Below are positions 25,851-40,000 of a DNA stretch of 64,000 nt, piece after piece; position 1 is the first letter of the stretch; every line of letters begins with the position of its first letter. Under the pieces are notes generated by a model. It was not told the origin of the DNA and ran no database searches. It was given only the letters and a program-made list of their open reading frames with translations. Origin of the DNA: Phoronis australis (Eukaryota; Animalia; Phoronida); the NCBI GenBank assembly GCA_002633005.1, contig NMRA01000504.1:211571-275570 (forward strand). The letters run 5' to 3'. A program made the position numbers and the translations under genes.

Positions 25851-28800
25851 TTAAAAGAACACTTCCTTCAACACTTCCTATTGCAAATTATCAAGCAGGC
25901 TACCAAACCATACAATTAACATTTATTATGCACTGAAGTTCATACCACGATCATATGATATAGATTATTGACCAACGACAGCCAGGACGTTGACTGTATG
26001 GCATCACAAGAAATAAGTTAAATAAGTAATAGTGAATAAATAAGAACAATAAAGAAATAGAAATGAATAAATAAAAATAGATGAATAATAAAGAATAAGT
26101 ATAACAAATATATCATATTATAACAGTAAAATTAGTAAATGAATAGTAATAGTAATTATAATTATCTTTTAGATCTCAATGCATTAGCAGAAAGAAATGA
26201 AAGAAAGCAAATAGAAGCATCAATGGTCATAGAATAAACTAATCAATAGTTCGCAAAGTCATGGAAACAAGTTCGGTAATTTTCAAGATAAGTGATCAAA
26301 TGCAGTGAACACTAAAGACATTTTAAAAGTTTAAATCACCCAGCAGTCCATCAGTGATTGAATGACAACAGTTTCACGCAAAAACATCCTTTGTTTCAAT
26401 CGTGAACATCAGTCCTTCTTAATTAGCGGGGAAGTAGTGAAGCACGAGTCACGAATTTTCAATTAACTGTTGTTGCAGCCGTAAGCAGTGCGAAAAGCAC
26501 CTGTCCATTGCTTTTTTTTACAGACCGGAGCCGTCATATCTTGACATATTTGTTTATTGCACACACGACCGCTAGATATCCCTACGATCCATGAAACAAC
26601 ACACGCCGCCAGCCGTCCAATGGGATTTCGCTAGATTTGTCTCCCTCTCTAACGTCTCTTGATCTGCTGACCCGTTACAAACTAATTACATAACCCATCG
26701 GTGGATATTCAATAAAGCGACGCAATTTTTTACTCTGAAATAGATCATTCTCCACATGTTTTTGAATTAATGAAAAAAAAATCATGCAAAACCATACCTC
26801 ACAGATGTAACTTTCTGATTTTGGACGTCTTATTGCGAGCACATGATATGTGTTGAAAGGTTCCGTGTGGGTGGATCTTATAAAATTCCACTATTTCTGG
26901 AAATCGTGTTCTGATGTTTCAAGAAGTCCCTGCAATTTACATCTCTGTTGCATTGCACTCATTCTCATTATTCAGTACATTTAAATAACAAACAATTTCC
27001 ACCACAAAACAATGTCAACTCAGTGAGTGGCTGGTGGTCTCGTGCATGGATTGGCTTGGCTTAAATCTAACGTCTTGCTAACTGCGAGCGTATATTACTA
27101 GCAAAAAATACGAACTTGCCTCCGTTCCCCTACTTCGTGTGATTCTGATTTCAGAGGCATAAAATCCATTCTTATTTTGAAGACCTTCAGAATTGTACGA
27201 TGACCCGTGGTTTACCTAAAAATCCAACTGCAAGACTAGATTAGAGAGAAGAAAGATACCGCTGGGTAACTTCGTTTAAAATTTTTAGGTTGTAAAAGTC
27301 ACACTTCTTGACAGATTTTCAAAATTCAAAAACCTAACCACGTGTACTTTTCGCGAAAAGCTGTATTTAATAGGCCTACATATATTCTATTTCAAAACAT
27401 TCAAAGCTAAAATTTAGTGTTTTTGTCGTCCCCACTTGTTGATGATGGGTCTAATCTTCTAGAGAACGACGTCAGCAGCCCGAGGTGATGTAGTTAACTG
27501 CAACTGCATGGTGTCCTTGATATAACGTAGCGGCAGATTTTGAAGTACGCAAACCAGACGAGTTGCCCAGCGGACCAGTGAGGGTGTCAACATATGACCC
27601 TTTTCATGTAAAAGCTTTAAAACTGTAATCCAAAAATCACCGGTCTTCGTTACTGGACTCAGTACTCAACATTTCCTCACGCTTCACGCTGTTGCCGTTT
27701 CATTTTGCTTGCGGCAGCCAACGGGGGGGGGGGGCCTGCCCCCTAAATCCGCCTGTTTTTACTGATGTATTGGGCCACAGATCAATACACATCATCAATT
27801 CTCCGTCTTAATAGATACCTTAACGAGTTTAAAACCACAATTTATCTTATTTTGGCAGGTGACTACAGCTGTCAGTATACTTTCCTTTATGGCGCATGCG
27901 ACCCACCAGGACATTAGTGACGCATGAATTCACCCAGCGCCAGTGTGTTATGTCCACCAACACGTTAGTTTGTTGTACTAACTCGTGCCGCGGAAAAGCA
28001 AAAAGAGCCACAGCGTGCTCAAATACTGAGATGTCACAACTTCCAACGACAAACGTAACTCCTCACCATTCTTTATTACACCACAAACCATTGGAAAACG
28101 AGCAGCAATATCTGACGACTTTTCACACTGAACACAACGGAGGATGAAAAATGTAGCGATTGGGCGTCTGATTCTACGTAGTATGTATCCACAAATAAAT
28201 GCCATTGGACAGATAGTTGATGCGCGTTCTAGTTCCGACAGCTGATCGACTGATGGTGTTTTCGGAAGGTTTTAAGCGGCACCGATACAGTAACTCTTCT
28301 CCAAAGTCAACATAACACATACAAGGCAATTAGGTGTCACTGATCTGTAAAAGTGAAACCACCGGAAGTAGCCGTTGCTAATTTTGACATCAGTGATCAT
28401 CAGGCCTGTGAAGTTATAAAAGCGTTATTAAAATTTTGGTGTTCGACAGAAATCTTGATAAGTACTTATCTACAATATTCAGCAGAAAAGCAGGACGAAA
28501 TCGCCATCTCGTTGCATAACCTCGCATAAGCTCTGTAGTACTGCTTATGGAAAACCAGCACGTCCTACCTCAGATGGAGGTATTTTTCCCTAACAGGGAT
28601 GGAGCTCGTCGGCAGACGCAAACCTATCGCGAAGGAAGGTGGTATGATCAGGTGCTTCGCTTACAAAATACCTGGCGATATCTCGCAAAGTCTTGCGTGA
28701 ACTTGTGAGATTCTCGCATCTACGGCACATGCCCGGGTTAGCACCATAACACGTAGTAAAGGAAATAAGACATAATCCAACTTGCAAAAGGTCTGTTGGA

Positions 28801-28893
28801 GCAATACAATCTCAAAACAAATTAAACAAGAAGTTTATTTCAACAATCTTTAAAAATACGCATTTAAACATTTTAAACTAACCAACTATATCA

Positions 28894-28960
28894 CATGGGC
28901 GGCGCACCATAGGGGGCTGAGGCCGGGGGGGGGGGGGNTTTCAGTGCTGCGCCGCCCATG
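28894..28960. mobile_element. CATGGGCGGCGCA-family MITE, 5-bp TSD TATCA
   Basis: TATCA|CATGGGCGGCGCA...TGCGCCGCCCATG|TATCA. Confidence 0.8.
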
Positions 28961-30774
28961 TATCACTATACTGGCGGAAGACCATTCTGTGCGAGTCTTC
29001 TATCACAAACAGAGAACATCATACAAGTGACTAGAAAACAAAGTATACACCAGCAAAGTACATGGGACACCAAGGAAAATCTTCCCATTTTCCTAATCAT
29101 TGCCAAAATAAAGGCCATCACTCACCTTTTAAAACGGAAGAGATAAGTCACAGACACCTATCCTGCCTGCTCATCACAAAACAGTAGGGTTATATTTTAA
29201 CAATTAAACATCCACGTTACATGTGTACACTATAAATACACAATGCAAGTATTCTCAGACAAGCACCAGTCAACCAAAGATGCAACTGATTGATATGTCA
29301 TTAAAACAGCTAAGTGAAATGCCTTAAGATAATGCCTTGAATTACCTATGGAAATAACACCTTCGGCTTATGCCATTTGCAATAAGATACTACTTGCTCA
29401 TAATCACAAGGTTCTGTTACTAACATTACACCAAAAGATAGATGTCATTTTCATGCAGGTAAGCCCTACAGCCACAATAAGTTTTCCTATGGGTCAGAAC
29501 ACTGACCTGGTATGGTTCACCCTAGCCTGACCAAGAGAAATCAGACTCCTCTGTTCCTTCCCGCACATTCTGACTCATAAATTCCTCAAAATTGTATACT
29601 TCTGTCTAGTTATTGTACAACAGTCTGTTACCCAATAAGTAGTAGTAACCTTTACATTACAGCTCTTTACTTCCAAACCTCTGTGTTACTCCACTAGTGG
29701 AAACAAAAGATCAAAATTTCCCCCTCTTTGGAAATGTAAAATATACCACATATCATTGTGTAAGTTGGTTCAAACAGTGTCACAGTAGATGTGACCTATC
29801 AAAACAGTTCACACCCCTTATTGAAGAAAATGAGACCAGTCACAGGGTTCAAACAAGTTCTCAAGAGCAAAATGGTCAACTATTACTTAGCTTGTGGAAA
29901 TTCAAATGAACACATAAAATGCTAAATACAGGAAGTAACATCATCATCCACACACATGCAAATTATGTGAAACATGTCAGCTGAAATAACTAATTGTTCA
30001 AATAGTCAGCACTTTGAAATAATGTGGTTCCAATCCAGCCCATGGAGCAAGCTCTGCTATTGTTGTGCCACACTTAACAACTCAAAATAAAGAATTTTGA
30101 ACAGCACTTAGGAAGACGCTGAAACAGCCATTGGTGATCTCAGCCACGTAGTGTACTTCTAGCGTCAGTGCTCCCAACAAAATGCTATCGGAATAATGAA
30201 AGTTGTCCACCTTTCTACAACTTGAGCAAGTACAAATGATCACATGAAACCTCTTACTTTATGCACTGCTGAGCTCCCATGATTCACAGCAGAGTACGAG
30301 AGACAGAGATAGGTATTTGGCTCGATTTCTCTCATACAATTCTAGACTACAGCTTCACAAAATCCAACATGGTGGATTAGACAGGTTCTGTCCAGTTCTC
30401 AGCTCCTTCATCTACATGTACATGGAGAGTAATACAACGCTACGACAGTATCTCAACATTTTCACCACAGCACGAGTGTCTCTGCACTTCTGTCGCCCTC
30501 CACGAGCTACATAGTGCGGGCGGACTTAGGTGGGGACTTGTGCGCGTGGACACCCCACTTGAGCATAAACAGGAGGGGCACACATCTGAAGGAACATACA
30601 ACAAAATCCTCAAACCAACTTTATTTCAGTTCAATTTGACTCCGTCTTGAACTTCAGAAGAAACACAAAGGGTGCCCGAGTACAATGTTTAAATGGCAAC
30701 CTAGGTCCTTTGTACCATATATCTGTTATCGCACCCCACCTAATGGTAGTCACGGCAGTCTAAACTGCGTTCTA

Positions 30775-31022
30775 TCAGTCTTCTCTATTATGTAACGCTG
30801 TCCCATTGACACCATTCACAAATGAAGAAGAGCGCAACTTCTCCGTGGTGAATGCATTGACCAAGCGATAGTACAGCTCCTGCCTCATTTTGACGGTGAA
30901 CTTTTTGACCAGGCAGAACGTTGTGGCAGCGATGAAGATCATGTTGTAGAGGAAGATGATGATGAAGTTACCCAACCAGTCCATGCGACCGAAGTCACCC
31001 AGAAGGTCAAAGTTGGTTATGC
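30775..31022 (-). CDS. LMBR1: LMBR1 exon 14 (last coding exon)
   Basis: tctttcag|GITNFDLLGDFGRMDWLGNF...LHNRED stop; AATAAA on - at 30625-30620. Confidence 0.93.
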
Positions 31023-34000
31023 CTGAAAGATGTTCAATTTAGAACATTGTACGTATTGAAAATCATTTAGAAATGAATGGTCTCCAATCAAAGTGCAGCT
31101 GCAGCTGTTACTTTTTGTGTACACCCTGTATTCAGTTTGTTCTACTGCTCACCCTGTATTCAGTTTGTTCTACTGCTCACCCTGTATTCACTTTGTTCTA
31201 CTGCTAACAGACTAACATGCTCTATCCATTCAGAGTTGACCTAGTTTTCTCAATGGGGGCATGTTACCTGTACTGAGTGTCATTCATGTTCAAGTTCGAA
31301 AGGGACAACTGAAGTTCTTCTGCTTTGTTTGATAATCTAATACAAAGTTTTGTTGTTATTTCATGTATAGTACACTGAAATATATTAGTCTTGTGTTCTC
31401 AGTAATGATCTTTGTAATAGTCGCCTTTTTGTATGAATTATGCTTTCGTGCCAAGTTTACTTTTGTATTAGTATTGTTATTTTGTATCTTTCTAAAATGT
31501 CCACACGTTGTCTACAAGCTGCTACTACTATAACGTCAAATGTTTAAAGCTCAACGTCATAATTGTCATTGTTGTTTAACGTAGAATAAACAAAGATAAA
31601 AGCAAGCTCGTCTAGTATTATCATCCCCTGTTCTGCCTTGTGCAGTAACACAGCATGAGCACACTATTTCAGTAATAATCTTTAAATCTGAATCCCCAAT
31701 GTTAGGGCTGACCTAACTAATTAAACTGGTCACTGGTGGTTTGGAAGTTCTCGTTGGTAACGGAATTAGAATTCTATCAGAGTAAGGAATATTGTAACAT
31801 GAGATTGGAAGGCCCAATTCAATTATTGTTAATTAGCCAGATAAACAGGGTGACATATAGATTTAACATATTTTAAAGGAAGATTCGAGTTTCTACAGGC
31901 TTTGAAATTCTCAGCGGACTGTAACTTTAAATGTCTTATTACAGAGAAAAAATAATTGACCAAGCTAGTATACTCATTGACTGAACTTACCAAGTGTTCT
32001 GGAGAGGACTGGAAGAGCAGAACTAAGGATTAAGATAACTATACAGTTGGCTATGATAATGGTCACGGAGGTGTCGTGGAGTCTGGGCTGAATACGACTG
32101 AACAGCGGAAGACTGTAGAAGCCAACAACAGAAGCGCACATGATGTAGCTGTGTTGTGTTAAGAATTTAATGAAATCATGGCAGAACGATGAAGGATAAC
32201 TGTAGAACTTGTGAATACAAAATGAACACTTAAGAAAATCTTGGCATTCTCTATTAAAGAGACAGGCCCAAGGTTAAGCATCCTTAACCTACAATTCGAT
32301 AAGCTACATAAATGACAGACCAACCTCCTCAGACCAACGTGACACCTCACCAGCAACGTGCTCCGTAAACTGACAACCTTGGCTTAAGAGTTTCATATCA
32401 AACTGACATCATAAAGAAGCGATATCTTAGATAAGTTGACCTGTGTGTCTGTAGTGGCTGCCGCAACAGTCCTTTCTCTTCTTGTCTTAGTCAAAGAGTA
32501 GCAAGGTATTCATCACAATGACTCTTATATGGGGTTATCTTCATCATGTCGGTGGGTAGAGACTTTGACCCCAATACAAATTGTATGAACCAACACATTT
32601 AATAAATCTCGAAAAATCAGGGTTTATAACTGTATGGAAATCTATCAGACTACTTTCCGATAACTGAATCATTCACGCAGACCACTGAATCATGCACCAT
32701 AAAAGAATAGACACAGCCTTCAGAATTCAACTAATGATAGGGAGGATTGAATTCAGTGTACGCTTGAGTGAATCCAAATTCAGAAGAGTGATTTTACAGT
32801 TAGGAGTTTCTAAGACTCGTTTCCAGCATTCAAAAACAAACTTTTTTATTCTAAAACACAATTTATCAGTTGATGAAAGCAGACTGATAGGCTACTGAGC
32901 AAATGCACTTATAGCATTATTGGAGACGAGAAAAAAACATTTGTCCAAATAGTATCATACAATTTTACCTAAAACAATGATGTTCACCTAGTCAGACTAC
33001 CAGCAATTGTAAAAGGATACAGTATAAGAGCCACCTCCAGAAAGGCTCCAAACAGACCGAACGCTGATGTCGAGTCTATCCCCAGAAGGATGTCATTGGC
33101 CCCAATAGGTAGAGCTCGCCGCTCAAATAGCAGCTCAATGGAATGGACTGCAACCATGAACACTGATATGACCTGTAAAGGAATCAGTGTGGTGTATTAC
33201 TCTCAATGGGATTAATGTTAAGAGCTGTTGGAACGACAGAACGCAGCCAATCACAACGTTCATATAAGTCCTGAAGGGAGATCACTATGCTTTGTGTTTT
33301 TTCAGTCATAATCTTTTGTGAACAATTAATTTAAAGTCATTGTTCAGTGATGTATTTGATAACAAGAGCAACACGGGGGGGGATGTATCCATGACAGCAC
33401 TGCAAACGGTGTGCTTCTATGGTTGTTTTTAGTATAATAAAAACAGCCATTTGATGGCGCAGAACGCGTCAAACCCGCCAAATTAAAGAGCTGCCATCAT
33501 AACCCTGGACCTAAAAAAGAATTTCATTTATACATCTTAAGAGATTTTATAACCTTTCGTATACCTGCAGCCAAGAAACAAGCCAAAACTTTTCAAGAAA
33601 TATTTCTCTGTTATCGGGGTTGTACATAATGCATGGAAGACCGTCTCCGTCGTTGCTGTTTTTACAAGCGCGATATTGAGGAGCCGTGAGGAAAGTCCAC
33701 GAAGAGCTGGCTCTTTCAGACTTGAAAAGGTGCGTTAATGGAGGCTATAGTAACAGCAACTTGACCGAGAACACGTAAATATGTGGGCGCATAAAACGTG
33801 ATTTCAGAAGCTGAAACAAATCTCTGGTAAATTCACACCTTGTGACATATTGACCCAAAACAGTACTCACCGTTAAAGCTAGCAACAACAGCATGACAAC
33901 AGGATACAAGAGATTACGTTGCATGAAAGAAGCCTTCCGCCTTTTTTCTGGAAAAAAACATTAAATGGAATTTAATTCAGAAATTTCCCTTGATCTCTGT

Positions 34001-37000
34001 TCAGAATAACACTATAAAAATACAAGCACCAAACTATTACAACAACGCTTCTACAGTTTAGAAGGCAACACAAGTGCTACAATATGGTGAAACAGTAAAA
34101 ATTAACTTTTATTGGAATCAGTTTGTATGATATTGCTGTAATCACCAGCACACAGTGAAATTCTAAGCATTTAGTAGCCTAATGACGTAGAAAATATATC
34201 TGAAACTAAATAAGGCGATCCAGATCCTCCCAAGGATACTATTGTTTCATGAAATGAAGAATATAAATTGGTGAATAAAACAACAAGAATGGATCAACTG
34301 AAATTTGAAATTTTCGGATGTAACAACTTCCTTTAGCAACGTAATCTCTTGTTGATAAAGGAAGTTGTTACATCCGAAAATTTCAAATTTCAGTTGATCC
34401 ATTCTTGTTGTTTTATTTACCGATTTGTAGCCTAATGAAAAATGGAAAAATGACGTTTTCAGTTTGAAGCTGGGAAATTTACCACATCTTGGTGAAAACA
34501 AATTACACTTTCGGTGACAGAGCCCACTTTCAAAATCCACATAATGGAAACTCCCCGCTTTATGGTCCATACATAAACAAGATGTCATCGGGCCATAAAT
34601 AGGTCCAAATGACTGACATTTAATTACCGGTCTATCACCATGAATTGAAACATGACCGCTAAAGAAAATATCACGGAGATTGCATTACAGCTTCTCATGG
34701 TTTTATTGCCCTAAACACAATAAGCTTATGCTCAATAGGCAAATTCAACGAGTCTGCATCTTCATAACATCACGTGTGAACTAATTAATGCGTAATAAAT
34801 TACAAGCTTTCAAGCAGTTTTAGGTAAAAAAGTAGGAAAAAAGTAGGACACATTTTCAAAAAAAGTAGGAACTGTGAAGTGAAAAGTAGGAATAAGTAGG
34901 AACAAGACCAGGTGTTCAGGAGTAGTTTTCATCTATACCTACACATGATGGTCACCTCATGTCACAGGCAGTACTCACCATTAGTTGGAGAGCTAGCAGG
35001 ATTTTATTCACACTTTTGAGTGCAAAAGGTTTGACTGAGTAATTCTTTAATTTGCACATCATCTACCATTGAAGAAAAGGGGCTTTCATCCTGGGGGGGG
35101 TTCAAAGGAGGACCCAAATATCCATTTAATTAAAATCCCGAGTGCAAAATTCATTTCAAATTTATTTTATTCAAATCATCACTCAAATTAAAATGATGCA
35201 ACTTAAGACGCGTAAATGCTTAGGGTTATTAACTAAAAGGCCTACTAATTAACGGCCAATTAAGGATTTATTTAAAATTTTAGGTGCAACAAAAATAACT
35301 TCTCCAACAGATAGCTTAGACACCATATCAACAACTTAAAGACAGTTTTTCCTGGGGTTTGCAGATAAAATGGGGGTGTTTGGACCCCAAGGGATAAGAC
35401 CCTCAAAAATGAACTAATAAAAGAGCAAATACAAAATATTCGATTACTTCTAAGGATAAAAATTATTTCAAATGAACAAAAATACAACTTATGACCTGGA
35501 AAATTCTTGTGTAATTGATTAAGAAACTTGTTAATTAACATCCAATTAACGATTTTTTAAAACTTTTAAGTGCAACAAAAATCTTTTTTCAAAACATATT
35601 TTAGTAATTCTGGACACCATATCCACATCTTACAACTGGATTTTATCTAAGGTTTGCAGATAAGACTTGGGTGTTTTGACCCAAAGGGATAAGAAGACCC
35701 CAAAAATGAAGTTGTATAACAGGAAATACAACAATTTTGATAACTACTATGCATAAAACATATTATTCCAAATACATCAGATGATATGACCAATTTACTT
35801 CACATACAACAAAAATGAAACAAAAACATCATATACTAAATTAATATACATCTGGGGTTACTAAATAAGCTGGCTTCAAATTAGAGCTGAGCTGCTTAGA
35901 GCATATCTAATGGCAACAATTGTGATGCATGACACAGTGAAATACTGCTCTAGCCCATGAACGCGTGTAAGACAAGGAGTGCAGCACACATAGACTCTAT
36001 TCACGCGGCAGACATTAAAATCCAAAGCGAGGCTCACTGCGATAAATAAAGCGAAAGTAGACATTGCGTGAGTTAAATAGCCGGTCTTTCGAGTCCAACG
36101 TGGATATTGAATTTTAATAATGTGTCAACAATTAAACCACACAGACGTAGAAAATTACATTAGATAACAAGTTAAGGCATCAAAGAGTTGTCTGGCGAAA
36201 GGGTTTAATTTTTCTCGGAAAACTAGGTTCGAAACATGAAAAGTAAATATGGCCAAATAGCGGCGATCGTAGTGTTACGTATTAGGTATTATGCTGAATG
36301 CAGAGTTACTGTTTTCTTGTAAATTGTTGATCAAAATACTTTATACGCAGACCAGGTCAACTGCTCGTATTGTTGACGAGTTGAAGACATATTCGACAGT
36401 GGTGCCTGTCATGTGCAATTAGTCACATCTGGTTTAATTTGTTGATCAAGAATATTAAAATCAAGCATAGCCTGATCCTATGCACTCCCTGGGACTAACA
36501 ATTGATTTGTCATTGGTCTGAAAGAATAATTGATGTTATTAAATATATTTTTTATTAAAATAATAAACCAGACTCGTAATTGAAAATAAAAATTATTTGA
36601 CCATCAATTCTGCTTTCTTGGTTGTAATAATTCTTACGTCTATTTCATGTGTTAGATTTCAAGTATCAATTTGGACCAAGTTGAATTTTAAAATTAAAAC
36701 ACCTAATTCGTTCGTCCAAAACGTAACCTCGTTTTAGAACTCAATTTCAGTTAACTGGACAATGAAATCATAGTTATCATGTTTCTGCAGAAACCTCATT
36801 CATCCGAGGGGAAAGGTGCTAGTGCCTACTGAGAGGCGATTTTTTCGCCGAGTGAGGGCGGGAACAGTCTACCTCCCGATCACCATCAATAGCACCCCCG
36901 CCCTGTTGCAAGCTCTCATAGGCTCTGTCTCATTTTAAAGTAGCCTTTTGTGCTCTTAAAAATTGTCACCTGTGTGGTTACAGGTTATGTGAACTCAGAG

Positions 37001-40000
37001 AGATTTTTCACTAGGGGAATTTTTGTGCCTCGTGGGGGGAATTTCGCGTGATATTTCAATATTTTTGAGAGGGGAATAGGGCCGATATTGGGCCCTAAAT
37101 TTGAGGGATTGAGGGCTCTGTCCTTTTTGGAAAGAAAAATTATAATGTTTCAACCCGTAGCAGGGGCGGATCCAGGATTTTGAATTAGGGGGGGGGGCAG
37201 GCACAGGAATAAGCAACATTTCGGCAGATGTGCGCGCCCAGCCTAAAATCTGGGGATGCAGGGGTCTTGAATTCTTGGGTTTGCGGACCTGTTGACTAAA
37301 AAAAACGGTAAACGGGGTTCATTCAGCGCCTATGCGTTGTTTATTCACCCCCAAGACCCCCTGGTTGCGCACGTGTGCTAGTCAGCAATTCGCACCCGAA
37401 CTCAAAAATGGGATCTGATACAATTTTAGTGCCCCCCCCTAAATCCGTAGTCATGAAAATACAACCTGGCTAGCCCATTCTCTGGTCGTTACTATGATGC
37501 TTGACAACTGACCGAGATGCGACAAAATATGATCTAACTTTTCGAAAACATTTATTTTACAGGGACATATTTTGCTTCGTCGGCGTATGGCAACGACCCA
37601 TCGCTTCCGAATCTAAACGTCTTTAGAGATTGTGAAGCGTGTCCGTATTTTTTCTAGCCGTTCGGGGAACAACATGGACTGAAACACAGACTCCTATGCC
37701 GATAAGCTAACAGAGCTATCGTAGCGAGCCTCGTTTTGGAACGCGCCTCCTGTCGGCGTGAATAGGGTCTATAGCTTGGCCTATCACAGTAGCAATGTTA
37801 GTAACATTCAAATAACGCAGATTGACTTGTCTTATAATCCCAACCTCCATCCACACCGTGGATGTAACTCAATGGACATGGTGTAGGAGCAAAACTAGAA
37901 TGTTGTCAGAAGCTCTAATGACCATGCTGCCAGGTGTGGACTTGTTTGCCTCAATCATAAGAAGGATGACTCTGGTAGTTAATCAATAAGTGTCTTAATT
38001 AATAACTAGGATTTTTTATGTCAAATTAAGATGCCCCTCTCCTTCAATGGTAGGTGATTTACAATAGAATTACACATTCAAACCCTTTGTACTCAAAAGT
38101 GAGAATAAAATCCCGCTGGCTCTCCAACTACTAGTCTTTTGGTAGCATCGTTGTGCTGGAGGTCCTGCGTGTGCTGCTTTTGATAAGCTTAAAACGACTA
38201 CTCACTTCTCCAAAAACATGACTAAGACGGAAAGTTTAGAGCAATGAGAAAAAAGTAGGAAAAAGTAGGAAATATTAGGAATTTCAGAAAAAAGTAGGAT
38301 AAAGTAGGAGCAGGCCAAAAATAGGAAAAAGTAGGAAAAGTAGGAACACTTGAAAGCCTGTAATTACCATTGAGCCATTTCAATAAAGGGATTTATTTTA
38401 CAAACAGTTTGTACTCACATACAAGATCAAGTCAGTAGTTTGAATTTTTAGCATAAACTAAATGCATTTCTTTAACCCAAAATGGCAACAACATTAAGTT
38501 GTTATTTACCAAACAAAATAAGGTCACGAGATCTTTACAGGGGATTTCCGAAAGAAATGACGTTCGGAGAAGTGCCAAGTTGCTCTTTCAGAAAAGGTGG
38601 TATTCTTTTGATGTGTCTTACCACAAGAGCCACGTTGGTTAAGGACTGAACTGCTAATCAACGTTCACTTTGTAGGCAGCTAAGCTACTGCTTAGACACA
38701 TGACACAATTAAATTTCTCTTGACATCAGCTAGAAGGCCTAATCTCGAGGAGTTATTCTAGTTCGAATAACGAAAATATATTCCAGGTTGCAAAATGCTA
38801 TGATTTCTTATTTTCTGTTATCTAACGACAAGCCCTTTTGAATACAATTTTGTAACTTGACCAAAATCATAAAATCATGGACTATTCTCGCCTATTTCTG
38901 TGACCCGAGTTCCCTGCACATCAATTCAGAAACCATTCCTGAAACATAATGATACCACCTGAGTGTAAAACTGTTGTTATTTTGTTTTGTTCTTATTGTC
39001 TCATGTTTTGGTTCATATTATACAAAGATGATTGACTAGGGTCCAATGTTTTAGCCATTTGTTTGCATACAGCTCCTAATCATTATGAAGAAATGTCAAA
39101 TTTAAGCTGAAATAAAAACTCACTCAGGTAATAAATTGGAGGAAAAAATCTTTCTCAGCCTGCAAGTCTATTTCCTCCAACTCCTAGCTAGACATTGGAA
39201 TGAAAACATAGACAACTCACTAGTGATTGCCATGTCTTTCAACAGTGTGCCTTATAAGCTGTATTGGTAGCAAATCGACACAGGCCTTGTTGGCCGTTAA
39301 AGCAGTTAAAAACATGAAGTGGCAAAAACCATCCACGCGCATTGATTTTTTAACAAACAAAATTCCCAAACTCAAACCATTGCAGTTCCAACCATTCAAT
39401 TCTAGACTGTGCTAAGTAAAGGCTTTAAGGGATTTCCCACCTAAGCATTTTGTTAGGATGACCCCTGTAGGTACTGATAGCTTCTTTGTAACATGTTTTA
39501 ACACCTTAATGACTCTTGAAATCATGTGCAACTCGGCCTTTAAGAATGAAAACCCAAGATATCCATCACGTGCCCAGTGCCAGACATGCAAAACCATCCT
39601 GAAAGAGTCTCCATGGGAGATATTTTGAAACGCAATTTCAAAAAGTTCCTATTTTCTTAAGGCTCCTTGGGATATCCCTGACAGCGAGTCACGCACCAGT
39701 TCCACAGCTCCGATTTAGCAGCAACATGATGAAATACACCTCAACGCTACACAACAAAAGTACAGTAGGAAAGTGTTCACTATGCTTGTATGGATTTAGT
39801 CCAGTAGAAACAGTTGCCAGACTTATTTATAAAGTACTTGGGACCATCATGCCCACACTGTTTTGTTGTGTCCGTTATTTTTTCGCTTACTAGAATTCAA
39901 AATTGAGTCAAGTCAAGAACACTTTTGTACTCTCACAAGGCTAAAGAGTGGTATGTCTAATACTTCCTGTTGATAGCCCACTAAGGTGAGTAACCCCTTG

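Larger units (their letters stand above)
34982..38130. mobile_element. 3.1-kb non-autonomous element with long imperfect TIRs (TAG..CTA ends)
   Basis: TAGTTGGAGAGCTAGCAGGATTTTATTCACACTTTTGAGTGCAAAAGGTTTGA mirrors TCAAACCCTTTGTACTCAAAAGTGAGAATAAAATCCCGCTGGCTCTCCAACTA; similarity extends roughly 100 bp. Confidence 0.8.
34803..38360. mobile_element. hAT-like MITE with AAGTAGGA subterminal repeats, split by an inner element
   Basis: TIR CAAGCTTTCAAG / CTTGAAAGCCTG; clusters of AAGTAGGA at about 34829-34902 and 38250-38346; flanks AAATTA / TAATTA. Confidence 0.7.
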
